Source of the DNA: Octopus vulgaris | Lineage: Eukaryota | Reading direction: 5' to 3' | Length of the DNA stretch: 64,000 nucleotides | Assembly: GCA_951406725.2 (NCBI GenBank) | Contig: OX597823.1 | Location: forward strand, 682,001-746,000 | Shown here: piece by piece, positions 42,141-53,973 of the stretch | How the letters are laid out: every line of letters begins with the position of its first letter | How positions within the stretch are numbered: the first letter of the stretch is position 1 | Notes under the pieces: model-generated | The model's input: the letters and a program-made list of their open reading frames with translations, nothing else | The model's database searches: none | Told to the model about the DNA's origin: nothing | Program-made: the position numbers and the translations under genes

Positions 42141-44682
42141 TACAACGTGGTGGTGGAACAATATTGTTGACAGGACTATTAGATAAAAGAAACAGGCTTG
42201 GAAGGACTGGAAGAACGGTGGTAGCAGGGAAGTGTATCAGACTGCCTGAAGGGAAGCTAGGAGGCAGGTGTATTTAGCCAGAGGGGAAGCAGATAAGAAA
42301 AAATTTGCCAATGTTCTGCGTTGTGAGGATGAAAGACTTGAGGTATTTCGTGTTGCAAGACAGTGTGTGAGAGAGAATCGTGATGTGGTAGGAGAGAAAT
42401 GTGTTCACATGGATGATGGTTCACTTGCGCTAAGTGAGGATGCAAAGAGAGAGGTTTTGGAGACGCCACTATGAAAGGTTGCTGAATAAAGAAAATGAAT
42501 GGGATAAAGAGAGTCTGCCAAATGTTGACCCAACAGAGGGACCAGCTATCCGAGTTGACAGTTCCTTGGTAGTTAAGGCAATTAGAAGCATGAAGACAGG
42601 GAAAGCCCCAAGCCCATCAGGAATTACTGCAGAGATGCTCAAAATATCTGGTAGTGTTGGCTATAGCCTAGTCACCCGTATAGTTTACCAGGTGATACAC
42701 GAAGGAGTCATTCCCAATGACTGGTGTAGCAGCATAATAGTCAACTGCTACAAAGGTAAAGGTGACGCCCTAGATACAAATAACTACAGGGGTATCAAGC
42801 TGTTGGATCAGGTAATGAAGGTTACGGAGAGGGTCATAGCCCAACTAATTAGAGAGAGAGTTAGTTTAGATGAGATGCAGCTTGGGTTCGTGCCAGGCAA
42901 AAGTACTACTGATGCTATATTCTTGGTAAGACAGCTGCAGGAGAAATACCTAGCCAAAGATAAGCCCCTGTACCTGGCTTTTGTTGACATGGAGAAAGAC
43001 TTCGATACGGTCCCCTGATACCTTATCTGGTGGTCAATGAGGAAACTAGGGATAGATGAATGGTTAGTGAGAGCTATGCGAGCCATGTACAGGGATGCTG
43101 CTAGTAAGGTGAGGGTTGGCAATGAGTACAGTGAAGAATTCCGGGTAGAGGTTGGGGTCCACCAAGGTTCAGTCCTCAGCCCCTCCTATTTATCATAGTC
43201 ATCCAGGCAATAACGGAGGAATTCAAGACAGGATGCCCCTGGGAGCTCCTCTATGCTGATGACCTTGCTCTAATTGCTGAGTCACTATCAGAACTGGAGG
43301 AGAAGTTTCAGGTGTGGAAGCAAGGATTAGAATTGAAGGGCCTTAGAGTCAACCTAGCTAAAACCAAAGTCCTAATAAGTAGGAAGGTAGACAAATCACA
43401 AACGCCTTCAGGTAGATGGCCCTGCTCGATCTGTAGAAAAGGTGTAAGTAGAAACTCTATAAGATGCACCAAGTGTAAGCTATGGACACATAAGAGGTGC
43501 AGCAATATGAAAGGAAGGTTAACTAGGAAGATAGTTTTTGTATGTGGCAGATGCTCAGGAGCAATAAACACTGAAAATGTGCAGAGACCAACTTCCACCA
43601 CATTCCAGGGAGAAAAACTAGAAATAGTTGATAGTTTCCGTTACATAGGTGACCAAGTCAGTGGCAGGGGTGGGTGTGCTGAAAGTGTAACTGCTAGAGT
43701 AAGAATAGCCTGGGCAAAGTTCAGAGAGCTCTTACCCCTGCTGGTGACAAAAGGCCTCTCGCTCAGAGTAAAAGGCAGACTGTATGATGCATGTGTACGA
43801 ACAGCCATGCTACATGGTAGTGAAACATGGCCCGTGACTGCTGAGGATATGCATAAGCTCGCAAGAAATGAAGCCAGTATGCTCCAATGGATGTGTAATG
43901 TCAGTGTTCATACTCGACAGAGTGTAAGTACCTTGAGAGAAAAGCTGGACCTAAGAAGCATCAGTTGTGGTGTGCAAGAGAGACGTTTGCGCTAGTATGG
44001 TCATGTGATGAGAATGGCTGAAGATAGTTGTGTGAAAATGTGCCACACCCTAGCAGTTGAGGGAACCTGTGGAAGAGGTAGACCCAGGAAAACCTGGGAC
44101 AAGGTGTTGAAGCACGACCTTCGAACTTTAGGTCTCACCGAGGAAATGACCAGAGACTGAAACCTTTGGAAGTATGCTGTGCATGGGAAGACCTGGCAGG
44201 ACAAGTGAGACCATAACCCATGTCCTCTACCTGGGACGTAGCCAGCCCACTTATGCATACCTTTCCTTCTTGGGACACAAAACTCTACTTGTGAAGACCT
44301 GTTGAGGCAAGTGAAAATCAGAATCAAAATCGAACTCAATCAACATCAATGGAAATTGTAGCTGTGATACCAGTACCGGTGGCACGTAAACGAACCATCT
44401 GACGTGGCCGTTGCCAGCGCCACCCCGACGGGCCTCCGCGCCGGTGGCACGTAAAAAGCACCATCTGACCATGGCCGTTTGTCAGCCCCGTCTGGCATCT
44501 GTGCCGGTGGCACGTAAAAAGCACCCACTACACTCACGGAGTGGTTGGCATTAGGAAGAGCATCCAGCTGTAGAAACACTGCCGGACCAGACTAGGCCTG
44601 GTGCAGCCTTCTGGCTTCCCAGACCCCAGTTGAACCGTCCAATCCATGCTAGCATGGAAAGCAGACGCTAAATGATGATGAT
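42141..44682 (+). mobile_element. RTE LINE, 5'-truncated (~2.5 kb), disrupted RT with PHD insertion
   Basis: NYRGIKLL, Q.GF.PGKSTTDAIF, AFVDMEK, GVHQGS, LLYADD, MLHGSETW, GRGRPRKTW; hairpin 3' UTR; (GAT)n. Confidence 0.95.
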
Positions 44683-44956
44683 TTAATTGGGATTTAATTT
44701 GGTTCCCTTAATGTAGTTTATTCAAACTAACTTCTCCTTCATTTCCCCCAATATAAATAAATACCAGTTATATACTGTTCCAATCACCAAATTCAATATT
44801 CAAATAAATGGGGTTTGCTTATTAAACCAGCCCCTCCCCGACCCCCAATGCTTATTCTTAAACTGGTTGTGAGGGGAACATCCTGATAGATGTCAGTTGT
44901 TGATTTGTAATTTAGTTGTGTTATTTGATACCCTGTCATTGATAGTTGCAGAAGCT

Positions 44957-45180
44957 AAGGCACCAAGCTGGCAGAACCATTAGCACACCAGGCAAATACA
45001 CCGTAGCATTTTGTCTGTTTTTATGCTTTAAGTTCAAATGCTACCACAGTCAGCTTTGCTTTCCTTCCTTCTGGGGTAGATGAAATAAGTACAAGTTGGT
45101 CACAAGGCTTGACCTAATCAACATAATCAACTAGCTTCCTTCCAAAAAATTGCTGGCCCTGTGCTAAAATTTGAAATTAG
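44957..45180 (+). mobile_element. SINE of the ~210-bp family, CpG-decayed
   Basis: AGCTGGCAGAACCATTAGCAC..AGTTCAAAT..AAATAAGTAC..TGCTGGCCCTGTGCTAAAATTTGAAA. Confidence 0.7.
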
Positions 45181-47241
45181 TATTTACAGAAGCTCCATTT
45201 AATTGCTGAGGCCCTCAAGAAAATAAACATTAAACAGCCCCATTTCACATGCTCTGTGAATAATTTTAAGTTTCAATGCCTACCTAAAAAAAAATCGTTA
45301 AGTCGAAGGTTTGTTGCCGTAAAGAATAATGGGCTTAGTGAAGAGCATTAGCTTTGAGGATGCTTTAGACATTGGCAAACAGCCATGATACAAGCTTCAA
45401 ATAAGATGGGGCTTCAAACACCTTTCAAACATCCTCAGTCGAGAACTGCTACCCAGTGGAAGAAGAAAGAGTAACAGTTTGGGTCATATTCTACAAGCAA
45501 GGAACTATTGGCTATCAGGCACAAAGACTAAGACACAAAGAGACTGATAAAATTATTCTTCAGATATTCGATCTTATGGGATTATATTAAACATTTACAG
45601 AACCAATTTGGCCGACAGACAAGTTCTTCATCAATATCACTATGTTGTTTTATTCTGGAAATAATAAGGTTTTTGTTTGTTTGGTAATTCTAGCAAGAGA
45701 TAAAGAACAGAGTGAAAGAGTAAAAGACTCGGCAACAGTTCTTTTAATCTCTCTGATAAAACTCTTTGATAATTGTTTTCAATTTCTATAAAAACAAGAT
45801 GTATGATCTCTATTTACCTCCCTACCAGCCTATCTATTTATCTTCTCCATCATTTACATCTACTTTCCAAACTGGTATGGGTTAGATGGAACCTCATGGT
45901 TCGATTTTGCTCTTATTTAGAATTATTGACCTCCCAGCTGGGTTCAGTGACCACCATTTCACTTGAACCTTATTAAGTTTGGCATGATTTCTACAACTAG
46001 ATGTTTTTTTTTATGTTTGTTTTTATGTCTGTTTTTCCTTGCTGGCATGGGTTAGACAAATATATCATTGAGGAGCACAAATATAAACAAACATAGTGAT
46101 ACAACATAAACACGTGTACACGTGGTGGACTTGTTTCAAATTGCTATACAATAACCGGACTGAACCTGAGACCCTCTTAACCTCTTAACCACCCAGCCAT
46201 GCCTGCACAGGCAAAACTGACCACAGAGCAAAAGCAACTCTTTTGTTGTCACACAGGGCTAAAGGCATGATAACATCTACCCAGGCCTTACTGCAGAGTG
46301 GTTGGGGGTAGGAAAGGACTTTGTAAGCTGTAAAAAGGGTTAGACATTAAGAGAACTGAATCTTTAAATGCAAACCGATTTTAGAATAGAATAGAAGGAA
46401 CCGTTTAGCCTTTCTAGGGTTGCTGATGGTTATATTTAAAACATGTCCAACGTATGTTGTGATAAAACAAGGGCTGGAAAAATCGACATGATGAACACAA
46501 CAACAACAAAGACTGGCAACTTTGTAATTGTGAGGGAAATGATGAAGGACCATAACAAGTAAAAGGATGACCCCTGCAACATGTGTCAGCGGAGAAAGAC
46601 AAATATAAAATAAAGATTATAGATATTCACAATGGACTTTTGGTGTTATTCTGTTTCATATATCTATAATACACACATAAATGTTCATATTTTGTCTCAT
46701 TGTGTTAGAGTTTATCCTGGTTCCTATGGAGTCTAAGCAACTGAAAGGAGAAAACTCCTCACTGATTACCAGTTTGTTGCCAGCTTCAAAGTTAGCTACC
46801 ATCATTACTACTGCCGAATGGTCTGGAGCCTCATGAAATGAAGGGACTTGTGTTTGGACAAGGCAAGATCTGGTTCAAGAACTGAACCCACAATCTTAAT
46901 GTTGCTGGCCCAACATCGTAAGCACTAGGCTATGTGCCTAAATATATATATATATATATATATAATATATTAATATTTCTAAGTCTCTCTAAAGGAGACT
47001 ACGGCAGCGGTTCTGGATATTGATAGTTATTGCAAGCTAATATGGGAGTCCAGAAAAATAGGATGAATGCTGCCATTGATTAGCTCCAAGCAGCCATCAC
47101 CTCTAGCTTGCTATGTGAAACATGAACCTGTGTCCATTATAACCTTCGAACAGAGGATGTCAGCCACTTCCCCTTGCTGGTCTGACATCTACAGACTAGT
47201 TTCAGGGTATTTGCCCCTTATTAAATCTACCAACAGATCTA

Positions 47242-49213
47242 GGGAGTGGTCATGGGAACGCGAATGGGCCCCAATTATGCGAACCTGTTCATTGGCTATG
47301 TTGAGGCCCAAATATTCTCTAGTTTCACTGGTCTCACTCCCGAACTATACGGTCGTTATATTGACGACTGTATCGGTGCCACCTCACTCTCCCACAAACA
47401 TCTAGACTCCTTCCTCTCTTTCGTTAAATCCTTCCATCCTGCCCTCCACTATCTCCAACACCTCTGTCTCCTTTCTTGACATTTCAATCAGCATTCACCA
47501 CTCCACTCTTACCACCTCCATTTACTACAAACACACAGACTCACACTCATACCTAAACTTCTCTTCCTCCCACCCCAAACACACCAAGCTTTCCATCCCC
47601 TATTCCCAATTCCTCCGTCTACGTAGGCTCTGTAGTGACGACCATGACTTTGAGACTCAGTCTCAACTCATGGCTCGCCACTTCATCCTACATGGATATC
47701 CCCTCACCACTATCCACACTGCCCTTGCCAGAGCACGTTCCGTAGACTGTGCATCTGCTCTCTCCCCCCGAACCCGCCCTGTAGTCTCCCGCCTCCCTTT
47801 TCCCCTCACTTACCACCCCACCACCCTACCTCTCCAACGCACCATTCTTCGAGCTTTCCGGTATCTCCAGTTCGACCCGTCCACTTCACACCTCTTCCCT
47901 AACCGACCCCTCCCCTCCTTCAAATGAGCCCATAACCTAGGAGACCTCTTGGTCCACAGCTTCTTCCCCAACCCTACCTCCCAACCTGGCTCGTTCCCCT
48001 GCTCCCGCACTTGCCCTTACCTCTCCAACACCACCCTCCTCACCGGCACCCATCATCGACCCTATCGCATCATCAACTCCTTCACCTGCACCTCCAGCAA
48101 TATCATCTATTGCATCCTTTGCTCTCTCTGCCATTCCCTGTACATCGGACAAACAGGATGCCACTTGGCTGACCGGTTCGTGGAACACCTCCGAGACATC
48201 CGCCTCGCCAATCACACACCAGTCTCACGCCATTTCCAGACACCGGTCACTACTTGCAACACCTGTCTGTGTTCGGATTGTCATTGCACAGAGGCCATCC
48301 AGATTCCCGCTTGCGCCATGAACAGGGATTAATCTTCTCTCTTCACTCTTTTACGCCATTTAGGCTCAACTCTCCCTCCCTTTTCATCAAACCTCCTCAT
48401 CGACTCCTACTTCTCTTCACTCCTACATCTTTTCACCCCTACTCTCTTTCCCTCTTCTTCCCTTCTTTCCCTTCTTCTCCCTCTTCTTCCCTCTACTCGC
48501 TTTCCTTCCTCTCCCTTCTTTCTGCTCCCTCACTCCTTCTCTCCATCCTTCCTCCTCCCCCTCTCCCTACTTCCACCCACCCCTACTCCACCTTCCCCCA
48601 CTCTACCCCTATCCCACACCTCTCCCCACATACCTCACCCATATCCCATACCCCTCCCCAACATACCTCACCTCTAACCCCACTCTCTACCTACCCACAA
48701 ACCCCACTCTACCCCAACCCTCAGCCAAACCCACACCCCACCAGTGCTTTCCCCACCTCCCCACAACATCACACCACACTACACTACACCATACAGCATT
48801 ACACATCACAACACACCACCTACACACCCATCCCCACATCTTTACACTTACACATACATACACACACACATCCAGACCACCAGCCCTCTTTCACACGCAC
48901 ATACATACTCTCTTAAACACACACGCACCTTTGTGTTGGGGGCACCTTCGTATTGGAAGTCACTGGACCCTGTTATCTCCCCTACTGTCCCTCTCGCGTC
49001 TGACCACTGTCCGAAGTCAGGACGCCATGATAGATCGTTAGCTCCTACACGCATTTTTTTTCTCTCCTTGTTTTTTTCTGTGTATCTTTCTGTAGAAGAG
49101 CGTAGGCTCGAAACGTAAAAGACTTTTTCTATTCCTGAGCGCTATACTAATACATTTGTTTGTTTGTACTCCACCTGCCTTCATCTTTTGTTTATTTTCG
49201 TAAACTTTCCCTT
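47242..49213 (+). mobile_element. Penelope-like element (RT + GIY-YIG), 5'-truncated and disrupted
   Basis: GVVMGTRMGPNYANLF, RYIDD, YYKHTDSHSYL, SIPYSQFLRLRRLCSD, FTCTSSNIIYCILCSLC-YIGQTG-R-EH; long C-rich 3' region ending at (TA)n. Confidence 0.93.
49085..49122 (+). ncRNA. Minimal type I hammerhead ribozyme-like motif, variant core
   Basis: Stem I UCUUU/AAAGA, core CUGUAGA+A, stem II GAGC-GUAG-GCUC, GAAA, palindromic ACGU stem III, GUA triplet; lies in the Penelope 3' terminal region. Confidence 0.7.
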
Positions 49214-49233
49214 TATATATATATATATATATA

Positions 49234-50935
49234 ACTGCAGGAGAAATACCTAGCCAAAGATTAACCCCTATACTTAGCTTTTGTGGACTTGGAGAAAGCT
49301 TTTGACAGGGTCCCCCGATCCCTTATGTGGTGGGCGATGCAGAAACTGGAGATTGACGAATGGTTAATAAGGGCTGTACAAGCCCTCTACACAGAGGCTA
49401 GTAGTAAGATTAGGATTGGCAATGAGTACAGTGAAGAATTCAGGGTAGAAGTTGGTGTCCACCAAGGCTCAGCCCTCAGCCCCCTCCAGGCAATAACAGA
49501 GGAATTTAAGATGGGTTGTCCCTGGGAGTTCCTCTATGCTGATGACCTGGCCCTCATAGCAGAATCACTACTGGAACTAGAGAAGAAATTTCAGGTGTGG
49601 AAGCAAGGTTTAGAATCAAAAGGCCTTAAAGTAAATGTAGCAAAGACCAAAGTTATAGTAAGCAGAAAGGCAAACTCACCACACACCCCTTCAGGTAGGT
49701 GGCCCTGCTCGATCTGTAGAAAAGGTGTAGGTAGAAACTCCATAAGATGTACCCAGTGTAAGCTATGGGCACATAAGAGGTGCAGCAATATCAAAGGAAA
49801 ATTAACCGAGAAGATAGCTTTTGTGTGCAGCAGATGCACCGGGGCAATAGACACCATTGATTCTCAGAGAACAGATTCCATTTCACTCCTTGGGGAGAAA
49901 CTAGAAGTAGTTGATAGTTTCTACTACCTGGGTGCCCAAGTTAGTAGTGGAGGTGGATGCTCAGAGAGCGTTACCACTAGAATAAGAATAGCTTGGACAA
50001 AGTTTAGGAAGCTTCTCCCCCTACTGGCAACAAAGGGTCCCTCGCTCAGAGTGAAAGGTAGATTGTATGATGCATGTGTGCGAACTGCCATGCTTCATGG
50101 CAGTGAAACATGGGCTGTGACTGCGGAGGACATGCCTAGGCTTGAAAGAAATGAAGCTAGCATGATCCGCTGGATGTGTAATGTCAGTGTCCATGACAGA
50201 GTGTAAGCGTCCTGAGAGAAATGTTGGGCATAAGAAGCATTGGATGCAGTGTGCAGGAGAGACGATTGCATGGGTACGGTCATGTACTAAGGATGGACGA
50301 GGAGAGATGTGTGAAGAAGTGCCACTCCCAAACTGTTCAAGGAACCCGGGGTAGAGGTAGACTCAGGAAGACATGGAACGAGGTGGTCAAGCATGACCTT
50401 CGTATTTTGAGCCTCACAGAGGCAATGACGAAAGACCGAGACCTCTGGAGATATGCTGTGACTTCGAAGACCCGACAAATTAAGTGGGTTCATGGCTTGC
50501 AGGACGGCCTGCTGTGCTAACCTTGGATTGTAGAGTGACCTGCTGTTCTTGAGGAGACCTGTTGAGTCAAGTACGCCAACGTCAACATCCAAATGGAAAT
50601 TGCAGTTAAGATACCTGTGCCGGTGACACATAAAAAGCACCGTCTGAATGTAGCAGATACTAGTGTTGCCTGACTGGTGTCCGTGTCAGTGACACGTAAA
50701 ATCACCAACCGATCGTGGCCATTTGCCAGCCTGCCCTGGCTCCTGTGCCGGTGGCACGTAAAAAACACCCACTACACTCACGGAGTGGTTGGTGTTAGGA
50801 AGGGCATCCAGCTGTAGAAACCCTGCCAAATCAGACTAGAGCCTGGTGCAGCCTCCATGGCTTACCAGACCCCGGTCGAACCGTCCAACCCATGCTAGCA
50901 TGGAAGACGGACGTTAAATGATGATGATGATGATG
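49234..50935 (+). mobile_element. RTE LINE 3' half; ORF 49283-50206 open
   Basis: DLEKAFDRVP, GVHQGS, LYADD, PHD finger, FYYLG, MLHGSETW; hairpin 3' UTR; (GAT)n. Confidence 0.95.
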
Positions 50936-52304
50936 TATATATATATCTACACACACACATATGCATATATATGGCTACAGGATGTCACCAACAGTAAACA
51001 ACATAAAATACGAAAACAAATGAGTTTAATACGCAAACAACGAGAGAAACAAATGGAAAAGAGGACAAGTAACATAAAGAACGACCCTTCATCAGTTGTC
51101 AGCTGTCTATCTATTCCTCATTTCGAGCATTGGACGACAATTGGAGTCTTTGAAGACAGTTGCTCCCATAAGTACCAAAATAAAATATGGGATCTATGAC
51201 AGGTCAAAGTTCTCAACTGTGACCCTCCATAAATCCCAAATTATGCATGCATACACACACACACACACACACACGCATATATATCTGGTTGAGTGCAAGT
51301 TCCCCGTGTCAGCTTGCAGTGTCTGCCTTTTTCTGCTCTCAGCTGAGACCGGGACTCAGTCTGTTTACATCTCTCTGTCTACACCTGGAAATTTTCTCCA
51401 TCACAAAACACAGTGAATAGCCTTTTTTTACTGGTAGCAAGTTTGTATCATCACACACACACACACACACACACACTCATATGGACTCTCCAAAATATGA
51501 TTCCTATTGTTTGCCAATGTAAAATGGTAAAATGATTCTCTCTACTTTAGGCAGAAGGCCTGAAATGCTTGGGAGGGCAAAATCAATCCGAATGGCATTT
51601 GAACTCAGAACATAAAGAACCAGATGCCACTAAGCACTTTGTTTTGCCCCTTAAAGCGATCCTGTCAGGTCACCACCTTCAGATCAAAGAAGAATATTGT
51701 GAACATCATGCAGGAGACAAGTGCTTTCTATTTGAATTCAATTTCAATCAAATGCAATGGAACATTTAGTATTGTTGTTGTTGTTGTTGTTGAGTGAGAA
51801 AAGAGCAGGTCATCAAAGTGAGGCTGGGGTACAAATACACAAAGCCCTCTATAACCCATCATGATTACCTGTCTGATAAGGGAACACAGGGCACAGGCAT
51901 CACAGCCATATGTGCACAATATGGAAACCTCATATCAATATAGACAGCACATGACATTGCAGGTGGGGCCTTGTTAGAATATTCTTCAGGTCAAGTAATC
52001 CATTCCACTCAAAAGCTCACTGAATAAGAGTTGTTTAAGGATGATGAACAAAACACCAGGTTAGGGGTAGGGGGAATTATTCAAACTCCAAAAACTTCCT
52101 CTGGAACTAATAAAATCCCAGTCACATGCAAAGGTCAAGTTGATGCATTCTGTGCAGAAATTAGCTCAGGAATCTATTAAAGGAACAGAGTTTGTAAGCC
52201 CTGTGAAGGACTAACCAGTAATATATTTGGGTCCGTTTCAACTGACTGCTATTCTCTTCTTGACCCAGTTACAAGAAACCCCAACTAACAGATATTCATC
52301 ATTA

Positions 52305-52930
52305 CAGGTCGAGTTTGCCATTTGGGGATCAATAAAATAAAGTACCCAATCAGGTATTGGAGTCAATGCAGTCAACATAATTCTTCCCATCAAAACTGGT
52401 GACCTCATTAAGTACTAAGCCTCTCCTGCAAAATGGCAAGCCTGGTTCCAATATTTGAAACCATTATTATTGTTATTATTAAGGTGGTGAGCGGGCAGAA
52501 TCGTTAGCACGCCAGGCGACATGCTTAGCGGTATTTTGCCTGTCACTACATTCTGAGTTCAAATTCCACCAAAGTCGACTTTACCTTTCGACTTTTAGGG
52601 GTCGATTAAATAAGTACCAGTTATGCACTGGGGTCGATGTAATCGACTTAATACCCTCCTCCAAGCTGCCCTTGTGTTAAAAATTTGAAATCATTATCAT
52701 GTGGTGAGCTGACAGAATCGTTAGCATGCTGGGCAAAATGTTTGGCAGTACTTTGTCTGCCGCTATGTTCCGAGGTCAACTTTGCTTTTCATGTGTTCAG
52801 GGTTGATAAAATAAGTACCTGTTCCTGGGGTCGATGTAATCAACCGGTCCCCTCACCCAAAATTTCAAGCCTTGTGCCTATAGTCGAAAGAATTCCTAGT
52901 ATTATTAGTAAGGTGACGAGTTGGCAGAAT
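52305..52930 (+). repeat. Head-to-tail array of ~210-bp SINE units
   Basis: Units start (AA)GGTGGTGAGC.GGCAGAATCGTTAGC at ~52481, ~52701 and ~52910, each after an (ATT)n-like tail; a partial unit precedes them. Confidence 0.8.
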
Positions 52931-53099
52931 TACCATTTTATTTCTTGAAATCTTCAGTTTGTTCAACATTTTAACCAAAGTAAAAAGATGACTCATCTAC
53001 GTACTTTGGTCTTAACACGGTTGAGGGGCCCACTGCAACTGCACGGGTTGCAGGAGCTTAGTGGTGCCCCCCCCCCACTCCGGACCCCACAAATTGACA

Positions 53100-53934
53100 C
53101 ATATTGCCTACAGTAATAGTCTACAACCGGATGAAAAGTGTCGCCCGGGTTGGACCGCCACCGCCCGCTACGCTCGTGTTATTCCCAAGAACAGAGATTG
53201 AGGTGAGAGGCTGGCAGAGTTCGCAATGCCTTTCATTTGGCACCTTATATTTCTGAGTTGAAATCTCCCAAATACTTTGGCTTCTCGTAAGACTGACAAT
53301 AAAAGACGGAAAACGAAGTTGTGGAGGAGCGCGCGAGAGCCATAAAAGAGGGACGGGAAAGGGCACCGTGCCTCACCTTTTACACACCCACATACATATA
53401 TGTAGTGTGAGTGGAGAGAAATAATAAACTATTGTGAGAGAATAGGGGAGAGGGAGAGATGCCCTTGTCACTCCTAAACATATTCCCCCTCCTGCAACAT
53501 ATCATGGCGGCGGCAGTGAATTAACAACAACAACAGTCAGGGAGAGAAAGAAGCGACGAGGAATGCGGTGGAGGTAATTACTGCAAACATCCACCGCCGC
53601 AGCCAGTCATCAGCAACAGGTTGTGTTTGTGGACTGATGAGGGAATCGGGTATGCAAATAGGAAAGTGCGAATAAATCAAAGTTGACACACACACACACC
53701 ATACATGGTGTATGCTGTGTGTGTATCATATCATAGATACGTGGACCAAAAACTTGCATACATATCTTCCCATTCAGGCGCGCATTTGAATAAAAACTTT
53801 CACACACACACACACACGTGTAAAGAAACGGCCAGAAAATATAAATTTAATCAATTATGCACTTTAATTATTCTATATGTAAATGGTTTTACAGCCTACA
53901 TTTTTTAAGAAAGCAACTTTAAATTGCAACAAGT

Positions 53935-53973
<39 letters not shown>

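Noticed and set aside
44375-44525. CRISPR array
   Set aside because: Only 2-3 repeats, spacers related to each other, always inside RTE 3' UTRs, eukaryotic context and no cas genes
45300-45680. Possible Tc1 fragment (RVTVW..GTIG)
   Set aside because: One short motif and no TIRs found
48254-49118. Pro/Ser/Thr-rich ORFs
   Set aside because: Low-complexity C-rich 3' region of the Penelope element
51080-51130. Minus-strand GAAA...CTGATGA hammerhead
   Set aside because: Only weak stem II pairing; stems I and III could not be built
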